From the NCBI GenBank assembly GCA_963709585.1, contig CAVPXI010000008.1:1-64000 (forward strand): DNA of 64,000 nucleotides, written 5' to 3'. A program made the translations under genes and the position numbers. Below, one piece after another: positions 50,354 through 60,641 of the stretch (position 1 is its first letter; each line of letters starts with the position of its first letter). The DNA comes from Candidatus Dormiibacterota bacterium (GTDB lineage Bacteria; Chloroflexota; Dormibacteria; Aeolococcales; Aeolococcaceae). The notes beneath the pieces are model-generated. The model was not told the DNA's origin. It worked only from the letters and a program-made list of their open reading frames with translations, and searched no databases.

Positions 50354-51253
50354 ATGGATCAGGCGATGATCGCGCAGGTCCGCCGCTTCAACCGAGTGGT
50401 GACCCAGCACGTCGGCGCCCTCAACGAGCGATATCTCGCCCGCGACCACTCGCTCGGCGAGGCGAGGGTGCTGTGGGAGATCGGCGCTGAGGGCTGTGAC
50501 GTTCGCACTCTTCGCACCCGGCTCGGCCTCGACTTCGGGTACCTGAGCCGGCTGCTCGGATCGTTGGTCGCGGCCGGGCTCATCGTCTTGGGACGGAGCG
50601 GATCGGACCGGCGGATTCGCACAGCTCGATTGACTCCCGCCGGGGTGACCGAGCGTTCGGTGCTCGACGAGCGCAGCGACGAGCTCGCCGAGTTGATGCT
50701 CGCCCCACTGAGCGCTGCGCAGCGTGATCGCCTGACTGCAGCCATGGGGGAGGTCGAGCGGGTCATCACCAGCGCGAGGGTCGCCATCGCTCCCACCGAC
50801 CCCTCGGATCCGCAAGCTCGCGAGTGTCTGGGCGCGTATTTCTCGGAGCTTGACCGCCGGTTCGAGGTGGGCTTCGACCCGTCACAGAGCATCAGCGCGG
50901 ACGACGACGAGCTTCGACCACCGGCCGGACTGCTCGTGCTCGTCCGGCTGCGTGAACGCCCGGTCGGCTGCGGTGCGCTCAAATTCCACGCGGACAATCC
51001 GGCGGAGCTCAAGCGCATGTGGGTCGCAGAATCCGCACGCGGCCTCGGCATTGGTCGCCGCCTGCTGTGCGAGCTTGAACGGCTCGCGGCAACGCACGGT
51101 GCGCGGACCGTGCGACTCGAGACGAATGGGACGCTCACCGAAGCGCTCGCCCTGTATCGGTCGGCGGGGTACATCGAGGTTCCCGCCTTCAACGACGAAC
51201 CGTACGCGCACCATTGGTTCGAGAAGCCGCTGATCGGTGGGGCTGCGACCTAG
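50354..51253 (+). CDS. MarR HTH plus GNAT acetyltransferase fusion
   Basis: VRRFNR, LD.GYLSRLL; ELKRMWV..ARGLGIGRRLL, LYRSAGY. Confidence 0.92.
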   Translation: MDQAMIAQVRRFNRVVTQHVGALNERYLARDHSLGEARVLWEIGAEGCDVRTLRTRLGLDFGYLSRLLGSLVAAGLIVLGRSGSDRRIRTARLTPAGVTERSVLDERSDELAELMLAPLSAAQRDRLTAAMGEVERVITSARVAIAPTDPSDPQARECLGAYFSELDRRFEVGFDPSQSISADDDELRPPAGLLVLVRLRERPVGCGALKFHADNPAELKRMWVAESARGLGIGRRLLCELERLAATHGARTVRLETNGTLTEALALYRSAGYIEVPAFNDEPYAHHWFEKPLIGGAAT

Positions 51254-51276
51254 CGGCAGCAGCGCTCAGCGCCCGG

Positions 51277-51780
51277 TCAAGCGCGCGGCGCAGCTGCCTC
51301 GCGTGCGTCGAGATCGAGGTGCAGGATGCGGTTGGTCTCCCCGAATCCGAAGCGCTCGTAGAGCGGATATGCGCGCTCACTTGGATGCACGATCAAATAC
51401 CCGAGCCCACGCGCGTGGGCTTCCGCGATCACAGCTTCGACGAGCGCCCCGCCGATGCCGCGGTTACGGTGCTCCTCGAGAACGAAGACGCTCTGAACAT
51501 TGCCCGCCCGGCGGTCCAATCGCCGCGGCTGCGGGATGCGGTCGAAGATCGCCAGCCATGCCATACCAGCGGGGTGCCCGGCCCGCTCCGCGATGAATTC
51601 CGTGTGGCCCGACTGATGGCCGGACCACCAGTCTGTGAACGCCGTCTCGAACGCCGGCTCCGACAGCCCATATTCATCGCGCTCGGTTATGCGCCACAGC
51701 CAGCGCAGCCGCGCCAGGTCCGCCGCATCCTCGATGCCGGCGCGACGGATTCTCGCGATGGAGTCGCGTGCGTTCGGCAC
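51277..51780 (-). CDS. GNAT acetyltransferase
   Basis: VFV.EEHRNRGIGGAL, PLYERFGF. Confidence 0.85.
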   Translation of the reverse strand: MPNARDSIARIRRAGIEDAADLARLRWLWRITERDEYGLSEPAFETAFTDWWSGHQSGHTEFIAERAGHPAGMAWLAIFDRIPQPRRLDRRAGNVQSVFVLEEHRNRGIGGALVEAVIAEAHARGLGYLIVHPSERAYPLYERFGFGETNRILHLDLDAREAAAPRA

Positions 51781-51853
51781 AGAGCGACTATCGCACCGGG
51801 AGGCGACGCTGCGCGGACGCCGATGCCTGGTCCAGCCAAGTAACGTTCGCCGG

Positions 51854-52333
51854 ATGCCGGCCGACCTGGATCTGCTCTTCCCGGTGGGGAACCCCGACGA
51901 ACGCGAGTTGCTGCTGAGCTGGCTGGGGTGGCTGCGCGGTGCTGTGCTGCGAAAGATCGACGGCCTGAACGAGGTTGACGCTCGGTGGAGCCCAGACGGA
52001 GCGCTCATCTCGCTCCTCGGGATCGTCAACCATCTCACCCACGTCGAATGGCGGTGGATCGACGGCGCAATGCGTGGCATGGACACGTCCCGCCTCGAGG
52101 CGGAGTTCCGGCCAGGACCAGAGATCACCGTGGAGTCCACGGTTGCGGCGTACCGAGCACGCGCAGAGGCGACCGACGTATACGTGCGCTCGACGTCGCT
52201 CACGCAGCCGGCCAGAACCGGCGACGGAACGGATCTGCGCTGGGTCGTGCTGCATCTCATCAACGAGACGGCTCGCCACGCGGGCCACGCCGACGCGACG
52301 CGCGAACTGCTGGACGGACTGACCGGCGAATAA
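51854..52333 (+). CDS. DinB/DUF664 family protein
   Basis: SLLGIVNHL..VE..W, LRWVVLHLINETARHAGHAD..RE. Confidence 0.9.
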   Translation: MPADLDLLFPVGNPDERELLLSWLGWLRGAVLRKIDGLNEVDARWSPDGALISLLGIVNHLTHVEWRWIDGAMRGMDTSRLEAEFRPGPEITVESTVAAYRARAEATDVYVRSTSLTQPARTGDGTDLRWVVLHLINETARHAGHADATRELLDGLTGE

Positions 52334-52337
52334 CCTG

Positions 52338-53177
52338 TCAGCGGGCGCGCGGCGGACCGTCGCCGACGACGCTCATGACCCGGTCGGGCGGTTCGCCGGG
52401 TGGAAAGCCCTCGAGGATCCAGGTCACGCCGGATTCCTCGAGCTCGGAGACGATATCCGGTACGCGCGCCGGGTCTTCGAGCGACAACGCACAGCGCACC
52501 GCGATGTCGATGGTGGGTCGCGCGCCGAGGTCCATGAGCGCGCCACGAAGCTCGCGGATATCTGCGGGGTCAGGCGGAGGGATCGCGCCGTCTGTCCGAA
52601 AGATCGGGAAGCAACCTTGCAGACTCGCGATCCGTGCCAGCGGCTTGCGATTCGGCCACCGGCACGCTCCCCAGATGGGCAGCGGACTCTGGCGCGGCCT
52701 CGGGAGGAGCGGCGGCGAATGCACAACATAGTGCCGACCTGTGTAGCTCACCGGTTCGCCGGAGAGAAAGCGCTGCAGTAACCCGAGCGCCTCGTCGAGC
52801 ATCTGTCCACGAACGATGGGATCGACTGCGTCGCCGAACGCACTGAACTCGGACCACCCGTCATCGCCCAGCCCGATCCCGCCGATGAGACGGCCGTCGG
52901 ACAGGCGATCCAGGGTCGCCATCTGCCGGCTGAGTACCCACGGCCGCCGTCTCGGCAGCGGCGTCACGAGTGCCCCGAGCCGGATCCCGTTTGTGGCCGC
53001 CGCGACGCCCGCCATCGTCACCCAGGGATCGGCGATGGCCATGCCGGTCTCGGCGAGCATGTGGTCCCACAGGAAGAACCCATCCCAGCCGGCTTCCTCG
53101 GCTACGACGGCAAGCACCACCACAAGGTCTGGCTCGGCATATTCGGCGAAGGGTGGCAGGAAGACTCCGAAGCGCAC
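52338..53177 (-). CDS. LLM-class flavin-dependent oxidoreductase
   Basis: AEEAGWDGFFLWDH, TPLPRRRP, LDRLSDGR. Confidence 0.9.
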   Translation of the reverse strand: MRFGVFLPPFAEYAEPDLVVVLAVVAEEAGWDGFFLWDHMLAETGMAIADPWVTMAGVAAATNGIRLGALVTPLPRRRPWVLSRQMATLDRLSDGRLIGGIGLGDDGWSEFSAFGDAVDPIVRGQMLDEALGLLQRFLSGEPVSYTGRHYVVHSPPLLPRPRQSPLPIWGACRWPNRKPLARIASLQGCFPIFRTDGAIPPPDPADIRELRGALMDLGARPTIDIAVRCALSLEDPARVPDIVSELEESGVTWILEGFPPGEPPDRVMSVVGDGPPRAR

Positions 53178-53252
53178 CGCGCGATTATGGGAGCCGGCGG
53201 CAGGCGGACCGGAGCTCAGTCCATGAAGTTCGCTGCGGCGGCGCCGCGGGCG

Positions 53253-53432
53253 TCAGATGACGATCGCGATCTTGACGCCGAGCAGGATGAACGGCCAGAG
53301 GATCACGGCCAGGATGGCCGACAGGATCGCGCCGATGGTGCCGACGTGGTCGAAGAAATGGTGGGTCGCCGCCACGACGATTCCGATCACGATCCAGATC
53401 AGTGGTAGGAGGGAGACACTCGACCGTCTCAC
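53253..53432 (-). CDS. 59-aa two-helix membrane protein, absent from the ORF track
   Basis: GAGGTG RBS and GTG start; MRRSSVSLLPLIWIVIGIVVAATHHFFDHVGTIGAILSAILAVILWPFILLGVKIAIVI; strong GC3 bias. Confidence 0.75.
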   Translation of the reverse strand: MRRSSVSLLPLIWIVIGIVVAATHHFFDHVGTIGAILSAILAVILWPFILLGVKIAIVI

Positions 53433-53586
53433 GCTTGCACCTCAGTCATGCGTCGCGTCGAGACGCGACGGCGATGGTCAGCGATCGTCCGCTTTGATAG
53501 CACGAGTATCACACAATGCACCAGCATATGTGGGTTGCTGGTGTCTCGCGGTCAGGACTTTTCAGCGCCGCCGATGCCGGGCGGGC

Positions 53587-54465
53587 CTACCAGTGCTCCA
53601 GGAGCCAGTCGTACACCTCGCCGAGATGCAGTGCCGTCAGGGTCAGGTGCCCGTCATCCTCGGTGAGCCGAGCCTCGACTCCAGGGACGTGCTCGGCAAG
53701 CCAGACGCCGTGACCGAATGGGACGAATCGATCCTGCTGCCCATGCAAGAGCAGCACCGGAATGTCGATGTCACTGAACGCGAAGCCCCAGGGCTCGAAT
53801 TCCGCGGCGCCGTCCTCCCACCAGCCCTCGCCACCGGGTCCAAGCCCAGCAGCCGCGCTGTCCACGAAATACTGGGCCAGCTGGGGCGTGAAGACAGCGG
53901 CGTCGGCATCGGAGACCAGGGTCCTGATGATGCCCCCGACCTGCTCGGCGGTGGCGCCGAGCATCGCCACGCGGTCATTCTCGAGCTTGATCCTCGCCGC
54001 CTTCTTGTCCTCGAGGTGGAGCCTGGTGTCGTCGGCGTTCATCTCGCCCATCCCGGCGAAATAGTCCAGGCCGTCGGCCCCCCAGGGCGCGGGCGAGGCG
54101 AGGGACGCCGCCGCAGGAACGATATCGGGCAGCAGTGCGGCGCACGCGAGCACATGCGGCCCACCGCCGGAGATGCCCCAGGTCAGCACCCGGTCGATAC
54201 CGAGCGCCGCGCAGATGGTGCGGACGTCAGCGGCACAGTCGCCGACGGTACGTCCCGGCTGGGCTGTCGAACCACCATAACCGGGACGGTCGTAGGTGAT
54301 CATGCGTACACCGTGCTCGGCAGCCGCGTCCACGTCAGGGCCGTACTGCAGCCTCGAATTCGGGGTGCCGTAGTGCACGAGGACGGGAACACCGTCAGCG
54401 TCGCCGCCTTCGGAGACGGCCAGCTTCCGTCCGTCCGGCGCATCGATCACATGCTCCATTGACAT
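53587..54465 (-). CDS. Alpha/beta hydrolase
   Basis: YGTPNSR, DRPGYGGS, GISGGGPH, HG.QD.FVP..HG. Confidence 0.9.
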   Translation of the reverse strand: MSMEHVIDAPDGRKLAVSEGGDADGVPVLVHYGTPNSRLQYGPDVDAAAEHGVRMITYDRPGYGGSTAQPGRTVGDCAADVRTICAALGIDRVLTWGISGGGPHVLACAALLPDIVPAAASLASPAPWGADGLDYFAGMGEMNADDTRLHLEDKKAARIKLENDRVAMLGATAEQVGGIIRTLVSDADAAVFTPQLAQYFVDSAAAGLGPGGEGWWEDGAAEFEPWGFAFSDIDIPVLLLHGQQDRFVPFGHGVWLAEHVPGVEARLTEDDGHLTLTALHLGEVYDWLLEHW

Positions 54466-54571
54466 CCACCTCGTTGCACTGGAAAGAGCCGCAGCGTACC
54501 CGGCGCGTGATCGCGCTCGCTCGCATCTGTCCGCGGAATGGCGCAACTCAGCGTCGATGTATGCTCCGGCG

Positions 54572-55285
54572 ATGCTGAACTCCCGTGAGGAACACATCCG
54601 TGGCGAGGACGGCCACGAATTCACTGGCTATCTCTCCCTCCCGGCGACCGGAACGGGTGCCGGCATGGTGGTGGTGCAGGAGATCTTCGGAGTCACCGAT
54701 TACATCAAGGACGTCTGCGCGCGTCTCAGTGACCTCGGGTACGTTGCCCTCGCGCCCGACCTGTACTCGAGGATCGACGGTGAATCGGTCATCGACGAGC
54801 GCTCGGACAACTCGCTGCCGCGCGCGTTCGCTTCGATGCAGAAGCTGGACATGGCGCAGGCCGCGCGCGACTCGGCCACGGCTCTCGAACATCTGCGCAC
54901 GGTGCCTGAGGTGAGGGAACGACGCGCCGGCATCATCGGGTTCTGTCTCGGCGGCGGCATGGCGTATCTCGTCGCTGCGGCGTCAGACCCCGACGTGGCC
55001 GTCTGCTACTACGGCTCCGCGATTCCCGGCAATCTCGACAAGGCGCCCGACGTCCATTGCCCGGTGCTCTTCCAGTTCGGTGATGCCGATGAGTACATCA
55101 CCGCCGAGCAGCGTTCGGCAGTGGAGAAGGCATTCGAGGGACGGCCGCACACCGAGTTCCATCTCCATCAAGGGCCTAACCACGCGTTTGACAATCACCA
55201 TGCGGCGATGTTCCATCACGCGGAAGCGGCAGCAGCAGCCTGGAAGCAGACCGCCGCTTTCCTGGCACGCGAGTTTCCGGCGTAG
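54572..55285 (+). CDS. Dienelactone hydrolase family protein
   Basis: QEIFGV, APDLY, GFCLGG, HAF. Confidence 0.92.
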   Translation: MLNSREEHIRGEDGHEFTGYLSLPATGTGAGMVVVQEIFGVTDYIKDVCARLSDLGYVALAPDLYSRIDGESVIDERSDNSLPRAFASMQKLDMAQAARDSATALEHLRTVPEVRERRAGIIGFCLGGGMAYLVAAASDPDVAVCYYGSAIPGNLDKAPDVHCPVLFQFGDADEYITAEQRSAVEKAFEGRPHTEFHLHQGPNHAFDNHHAAMFHHAEAAAAAWKQTAAFLAREFPA

Positions 55286-55297
55286 CCGGCAAGAACC

Positions 55298-56284
55298 TCA
55301 GACCACCTCGATCACGTGTCGACCGCGAGGTACCAGCTCGCCGATGATCGGTGATCCCGCAACCTCGCAGGCGACGAGCAGGCCACCGCTCGTCTGCGCG
55401 TCGGCGAGCAGGAGGCGCTCGCGTTCATCGCCGGCCGCGCGACCGCCCCACTTGACATGCGGCGCGACCCACTCGAGGTTGCGGCGGGTGCCACCGCTCA
55501 CGTACCCGGCGTCGAGCGCATCGCGTGCGCCCTCGAGGTAGGGCACGGCGTCGGCGTTGATCACGGCGGTGAGGTTGCTCGCCCGCGCCAGCTTGAACAG
55601 GTGACCGAGAAGACCGAACCCGGTGACGTCGGTAGCGCAGCGCGCGCCCGCCGCGAGCGCCGCCTCGGAGGCACCGCGATTGAGCTCGACCATGGTCTCG
55701 ACCGCTTGTGGAAAAACCTCCCCGGTCTGCTTGTGCCGGCTGTTGAGCACCCCGATACCGAGCGGTTTGCTGAGCGAGAGCGGTTGCCCGGCGACCCCGG
55801 CGTCGGTACGGAGCAGCCGGTCCGAAGGCGCTACTCCGGTGACCGCCATACCATATTTCGGCTCGGGGTCGTCGACGCTGTGACCACCAGCCACGGGGCA
55901 TCCGGCCTCGGTTGCGACCGCGAGGCCGCCGCGCAGGACGTCGGCAGCGAGGGTCATGGGCAGGAGGTCGCGCGGCCAGCACACCAGGTTCACGGCGAGG
56001 ATGGGCCTCCCACCCATCGCATAGATATCTGAGAACGCGTTGGCGGCGGCGATGCGACCCCAGTCGTAGGCATCGTCGACGACCGGGGTGAAGAAGTCCA
56101 CGGTGCTGAGCACGGCGATTCCATTGCCGTCCAGGCGGACCGCGGCCGCGTCATCGCCGTGCTCGAGGCCGACGAGCAGCGTCTCGCTGGGCACGCCGAT
56201 CAGCCCCGCGACCATCTCCTCCAACTCCCCTGGCGGGATCTTGCAGGCACAGCCGCCGCCGTGCGCGTATGCGGTCAGACGCAT
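55298..56284 (-). CDS. selD: Selenophosphate synthetase (Cys form)
   Basis: GGGCACK, DDAA, DFFTPVVDD, DVTGFGLLGH, QTSGGLL. Confidence 0.96.
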   Translation of the reverse strand: MRLTAYAHGGGCACKIPPGELEEMVAGLIGVPSETLLVGLEHGDDAAAVRLDGNGIAVLSTVDFFTPVVDDAYDWGRIAAANAFSDIYAMGGRPILAVNLVCWPRDLLPMTLAADVLRGGLAVATEAGCPVAGGHSVDDPEPKYGMAVTGVAPSDRLLRTDAGVAGQPLSLSKPLGIGVLNSRHKQTGEVFPQAVETMVELNRGASEAALAAGARCATDVTGFGLLGHLFKLARASNLTAVINADAVPYLEGARDALDAGYVSGGTRRNLEWVAPHVKWGGRAAGDERERLLLADAQTSGGLLVACEVAGSPIIGELVPRGRHVIEVV

Positions 56285-56339
56285 GCCACGATGTTCGCAG
56301 GTTGACGGCCGAGCCCCACTGTCGCCTACGCTTGTTGAC

Positions 56340-56432
56340 GGAGGCGTCTGGGCACCTGGTGGGCTTCCTGATCTTCAAAATCAGTGTGACCGAGTATCCC
56401 GGTCAAGCGGGTTCGATTCCCGTCCGCCTCCG
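56340..56432 (+). tRNA. selC: tRNA-Sec (anticodon UCA)
   Basis: GGAGGCG/CGCCTCC-G, CTGAT-CTTCAAA-ATCAG anticodon arm, long variable arm TGACCG/CGGTCA, T-arm GCGGGTTCGATTCCCGT; lies between selD and selA. Confidence 0.95.
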
Positions 56433-56479
56433 CCGATTCGGTGGTCTGCAGCCGGCCGTTGCACGTGAGGTCATCGCGC

Positions 56480-57763
56480 TTGGACACGGATCCGCGCCGG
56501 GCGATCCCGCAGACGGACTCGGTGCTCGCCAACTCGCGTCTCGCCGAGCCGCAACGCCGCCTCGGTCGCACCCGCGTGCGTGACACCGTGCGCATGTCCC
56601 AGGAACGCGTGCGCGATGGACTGGTGCCGCCCGAGCGGCTGATCGACGATGTCCTCCGCGGCCTGCCGGCTCGGGCAACGAGCCTGCAGCCGGTCATCAA
56701 CGCCACCGGGACCGTGCTGCATACGAACCTGGGGCGGGCTCCCCTCTCCGATGCCGCGCGCGACGCACTCCTCGCCGCCGCTGGGTACGTGGATGTCGAA
56801 TACGACCTCGTCGACGGGAAGCGCGCGCCGCGTGGACGCGGCACCCTGACCACACTCCGCGCGGCGCTGCCGGACGCGGGCGATGTCATGGTGGTGAACA
56901 ACGGAGCCGCGGCGCTGCTGCTCGCGGTGACCGTGCTTGCGGCCGGCCGCGAGGTCGTCTGGAGTCGTGGTGAGCTCGTCGAGATCGGTGACGGGTTTCG
57001 ACTCCCCGACCTCGTCGCATGTACCGGCGCGACGCTGCGCGAGGTGGGGACGACCAACCGCACCACCCGCGCCGACTACGTGGCCGCGCTCGGGGACCGC
57101 ACCGGGTGTGTGCTCAAGGTGCACACGTCCAATTTCCGGATGACCGGGTTCACCTCGTCGGTAGCGATCGGCGAGCTCACCGGACTTGGCCCTCCTCTGG
57201 TGGTGGACGTCGGGTCGGGTCTGCTCGCGCCCGACCGTCTGCTGCCTGACGAGCCAGACGTCGGCGGCGCCCTGCGCGCAGGCGCGGACGTCGTGACCGC
57301 GAGCGGCGACAAGCTGCTCGGCGGGCCGCAGGCGGGGCTCATCGCCGGCAGAGCTGACCTCATCGCCGGGTTCCGGCGGCATCCGCTCGCCCGCGCGCTT
57401 CGGGTCGACAAGCTGACCCTGGCGGCGCTCGAGGCGACGCTGAGCGGCCCTCGGCCACCGACCGTGATGGCGCTGCATGCCGATCCGAACCTGTTGCGCT
57501 CGCGCGCCGAGGCGATCGTCGCCCGGCTGGGCGGCGACGCCGGTGTCGTTCCGAGTGCGGGGACGGTCGGCGGGGGCAGCGGACCCGGTATCTCGTTGCC
57601 CGGCTGGGCCGTGAGCCTTCCTGAGCGTTATGCCCCGCGACTGCGCGCCGGTGACCCCGTGGTGGTAGCCCGGCTCGAGGGCGGCCGATGCCTTCTCGAT
57701 CTTCGCTGCATACCACCGGCGTCCGACGACGCCCTGGTTGAGGCGGTGCTCGCGTGCAGGTGA
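56480..57763 (+). CDS. selA: L-seryl-tRNA(Sec) selenium transferase
   Basis: VINATG.VLHTNLGRA, SRGELVEIG, EVGTTNRT, SGDKLLGGPQAG. Confidence 0.95.
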   Translation: MDTDPRRAIPQTDSVLANSRLAEPQRRLGRTRVRDTVRMSQERVRDGLVPPERLIDDVLRGLPARATSLQPVINATGTVLHTNLGRAPLSDAARDALLAAAGYVDVEYDLVDGKRAPRGRGTLTTLRAALPDAGDVMVVNNGAAALLLAVTVLAAGREVVWSRGELVEIGDGFRLPDLVACTGATLREVGTTNRTTRADYVAALGDRTGCVLKVHTSNFRMTGFTSSVAIGELTGLGPPLVVDVGSGLLAPDRLLPDEPDVGGALRAGADVVTASGDKLLGGPQAGLIAGRADLIAGFRRHPLARALRVDKLTLAALEATLSGPRPPTVMALHADPNLLRSRAEAIVARLGGDAGVVPSAGTVGGGSGPGISLPGWAVSLPERYAPRLRAGDPVVVARLEGGRCLLDLRCIPPASDDALVEAVLACR

Positions 57764-59610
57764 TCGCGACCGCGGGGCACGTCGACCATGGGAAGTCGAC
57801 GCTGGTGCGGGCGCTGACCGGGATGGAGCCCGACCGGTGGGCCGAGGAGCGCCGCCGCGGCATGACGATCGACCTTGGTTATGCGTGGACCACGCTGCCC
57901 TCGGGACAGGAGATGGCGTTCGTCGACGTTCCCGGCCACGAGCGCTTCACGACCAACATGCTCGCCGGGGTGGGCCCGGTCCCCGCGGTGTTGCTGGTCA
58001 TCGCCGCCGACGAGGGCTGGTGCGCGCAGACCGACGAGCACGTGAGAGCGCTCGACGCACTCGGGGTCCGTCACGGCGTCGTGGCTGTGACCCGCTGCGA
58101 CCTGGCCGATCCCAGCCCGGCGATCGAGCAGGCGGCCGAACTCCTTGCCGCCACGACGCTGGCGGGCATCCCGGCGGTGAGCGTCTCCGGTCAGACCGGG
58201 GCCGGCTTGGCGGCTCTCCGAGCCGCGCTTGACGTGCTCGCGAGCGAGCTGCCCCTGCCCGACCCCGAGGCGCGAATCCGTCTCTGGGTGGACCGCTCGT
58301 TCACCGTCCGGGGGAGCGGCACCGTGGTCACCGGAACGCTCGCGGCCGGAACCCTGCGCCGGGGCGACCTCCTCGAACTTCACAACTCCACGGTGTTCGT
58401 GAGAGCCCTCCAGCAACTCGGGCACCCGATGGACCACGTGACCGCGCCCGCTCGCGTTGCTGTGAACCTCCGCGGCGTTGCCCGTGAGGACGTCCGGCGC
58501 GGCGACGCGCTGCTGACACCCGGAGTGTGGCGGCGGACCAACGTGGTGGATGCCCGTGTCGAGGGCGGGGATCTCCCGAGCCATGTCGTGCTCCACGTGG
58601 GGGCGGCCGCCGTGCCCGCCAGAGTCCGCAGGCTGGACGCGCTCACCCCGGCCGGCTCATTGCGGGGCTTGTCGCCGAACTCGTCGCCTGACTCTTGGCC
58701 GGGCTCTAGCCGGAACTCGTGCGTCGTGCGGCTGATGCTCGACGCGGCGCTGCCGCTTCAGGTTGGTGACCGCGTGCTGCTCAGGGATCCAGGTCGCCGT
58801 CAGATCATCGGCGGCGCGACGGTGCTCGACCCGGCGCCACCTGCGCTGCGGCGGCGCGGCGCCGCCAAGGCCCGCGCCGCGTCGCTTGCCGAGGACCGCG
58901 GCACTCCGGACGCCGGTGCGGAACTGGCCCGCCGCGGCGCCGTCAGCCGCTCGTTTTTGCGCGAGATCGGCGTCCCAGTCGGTGACACGCCGCCGCCCGG
59001 GGTGATTTCGTCCGGGTCGTGGCTTGTCACCGAGCCACTCTGGGAGCAATGGCGACGCAGGCTCCGCGGTGCCGTCGAGCGCCGACCTGGCTTGCTGCTC
59101 GACGCCGGTGTGAGTCATGCGGATCTCGCGCGCGCCCTCAAACTCGAGGAGCCGCACCTCCTGACCGCGCTGCTGGATTCGTGCCCCGAGCTCGAGGACG
59201 TCGGTGGCCGGGTCCGCCCACGTGGCACCGCGCCGGCACTCCGTCAGGACGTGGGAGATGCGGTGTCGCGTCTCGTCATGTCGCTCCTCGCCGAGCCTTT
59301 CGCGGCGCCGGACCAGCAGCGGATCGCCGCTCTCGGGCTGGGACGGCGCGAACTCGGCGCGGCGGCTGCGGCGCGAGCCATCCTGCTGTTGCCCGGAGAC
59401 ATCGCGTTGCTTCCCAGCGCGCCGGACGTCGCCGCCGAACGCCTCCGCGAATTGCCGCAGCCATTCACGCTCTCGGCGGCGCGCCAGGCGCTCGGCACAA
59501 CCCGTCGCGTTGCGGTCCCGCTTCTCGAGTATCTCGACCGAATCGGCGTCACCGAGCGAATGGACGGGGACCTGCGCCGGTTGCGCGTGCCCGCGGCGGT
59601 CGGCGCCTAA
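57754..59610 (+). CDS. selB: Selenocysteine-specific elongation factor
   Basis: GHVDHGKS, RGMTIDLG, DVPGHE; C-terminal winged helix TTRRVAVPLLEYLD. Confidence 0.95.
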   Translation: MQVIATAGHVDHGKSTLVRALTGMEPDRWAEERRRGMTIDLGYAWTTLPSGQEMAFVDVPGHERFTTNMLAGVGPVPAVLLVIAADEGWCAQTDEHVRALDALGVRHGVVAVTRCDLADPSPAIEQAAELLAATTLAGIPAVSVSGQTGAGLAALRAALDVLASELPLPDPEARIRLWVDRSFTVRGSGTVVTGTLAAGTLRRGDLLELHNSTVFVRALQQLGHPMDHVTAPARVAVNLRGVAREDVRRGDALLTPGVWRRTNVVDARVEGGDLPSHVVLHVGAAAVPARVRRLDALTPAGSLRGLSPNSSPDSWPGSSRNSCVVRLMLDAALPLQVGDRVLLRDPGRRQIIGGATVLDPAPPALRRRGAAKARAASLAEDRGTPDAGAELARRGAVSRSFLREIGVPVGDTPPPGVISSGSWLVTEPLWEQWRRRLRGAVERRPGLLLDAGVSHADLARALKLEEPHLLTALLDSCPELEDVGGRVRPRGTAPALRQDVGDAVSRLVMSLLAEPFAAPDQQRIAALGLGRRELGAAAAARAILLLPGDIALLPSAPDVAAERLRELPQPFTLSAARQALGTTRRVAVPLLEYLDRIGVTERMDGDLRRLRVPAAVGA

Positions 59611-60641
59611 GGGCGCCGGACGCCGCCGTCCGTGATTTCATTCAGACGCTGACGTTGCGGCACCACGGTGTAACGGGGGTCGCGCGCCAACTCCTGCCCG
59701 GCTTCGAAGATGGCGAAGCGGGTACAGGCCGCACCAGCGAGGAGCGCCGCACCCGAGACTCGCGCGGCTCGCTGATGACGGCCGAGGATGACCGCTCCCA
59801 GGGCCCCGCCGATCGTGAGCGCACGGCTCGCGTCGAGAAGCCGTTTGGCCGTCCCGTGGCGAAGCGTCTCGGCGCTGAGGCCCATGTTCCGCACCATCTG
59901 CGCCTCCATGGCGAGCGCCATCGCCGCCCCGCCCACGCCCATACGGCGCGCCGGCGCCGCCTGCTCGACACAGGTGCCGAGCATGGCGAAACCTCCCGCG
60001 GATGCTGCCGCGGACGCCACGAACACGAAGGGGAGCTCACCACGGGCGGCGTGCCAGCCCGGGGTCGCCGTGTTGGAGAGGAGGACTCCGGTGTACGAGG
60101 CAAGCGCAGGCGCAAGCATGGCCGCGATCAGTCCCGCGGGCCGCGCGCCCAGAGTGAGAAGCCGGCCGGCGATCGGGACCCGGCGCGGCAGCATCTCGGC
60201 CACCTCCGCCGCTCCGGCCAGGCTCGCCAGCGGAGCGTACGTTGCGAGCACCCACGTGCCCATCGACATCGGCGACGTGGGTTTTGCCGTTCGCAACATG
60301 TTCAGAAACCGCGTTGGTTTGCCGAGATCGTGGATCAGAGCGGCGGTACCGGCTGCGGCGCCGGCGACCGCGCCGATGCGCGCCACCCGGCGCAACTCCG
60401 GCAGATTCCCGAGGTCAGCGCCGGCCGCGAGCAGGGACGACCCGGCCGCCAGCCCACCGAAAAAGAGGTACGCGGGGATGTCGGCCTTCCACGGCGAGGC
60501 CTTCACCACCGGGCGTCCGTAGTAGGAGGTGAAGGTCGCCGGCGGGACCATCAGCCGCTCGCCGCCGCGACCGCCACCGCCCCGGCGCCGGCGTCGGGGC
60601 GCGGTGTCCGCCGGGTGCGTCGCCCGCGCCTCCACGGTCAC
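59607..60641 (-). CDS. NrfD/PsrC-family membrane anchor of formate dehydrogenase
   Basis: SYYGRPVVK..PW, YLFFGGLAAGS, DLGKP.RF.NMLR..KPTSPMS.G.W. Confidence 0.9.
   Translation of the reverse strand: MTVEARATHPADTAPRRRRRGGGGRGGERLMVPPATFTSYYGRPVVKASPWKADIPAYLFFGGLAAGSSLLAAGADLGNLPELRRVARIGAVAGAAAGTAALIHDLGKPTRFLNMLRTAKPTSPMSMGTWVLATYAPLASLAGAAEVAEMLPRRVPIAGRLLTLGARPAGLIAAMLAPALASYTGVLLSNTATPGWHAARGELPFVFVASAAASAGGFAMLGTCVEQAAPARRMGVGGAAMALAMEAQMVRNMGLSAETLRHGTAKRLLDASRALTIGGALGAVILGRHQRAARVSGAALLAGAACTRFAIFEAGQELARDPRYTVVPQRQRLNEITDGGVRRP

Noticed and set aside
56240-56260. SelD as a selenoprotein, or other UGA read-through genes in the window
   Set aside because: The active-site codon is TGT (Cys), and the broken genes I found are frameshifts rather than in-frame TGA.
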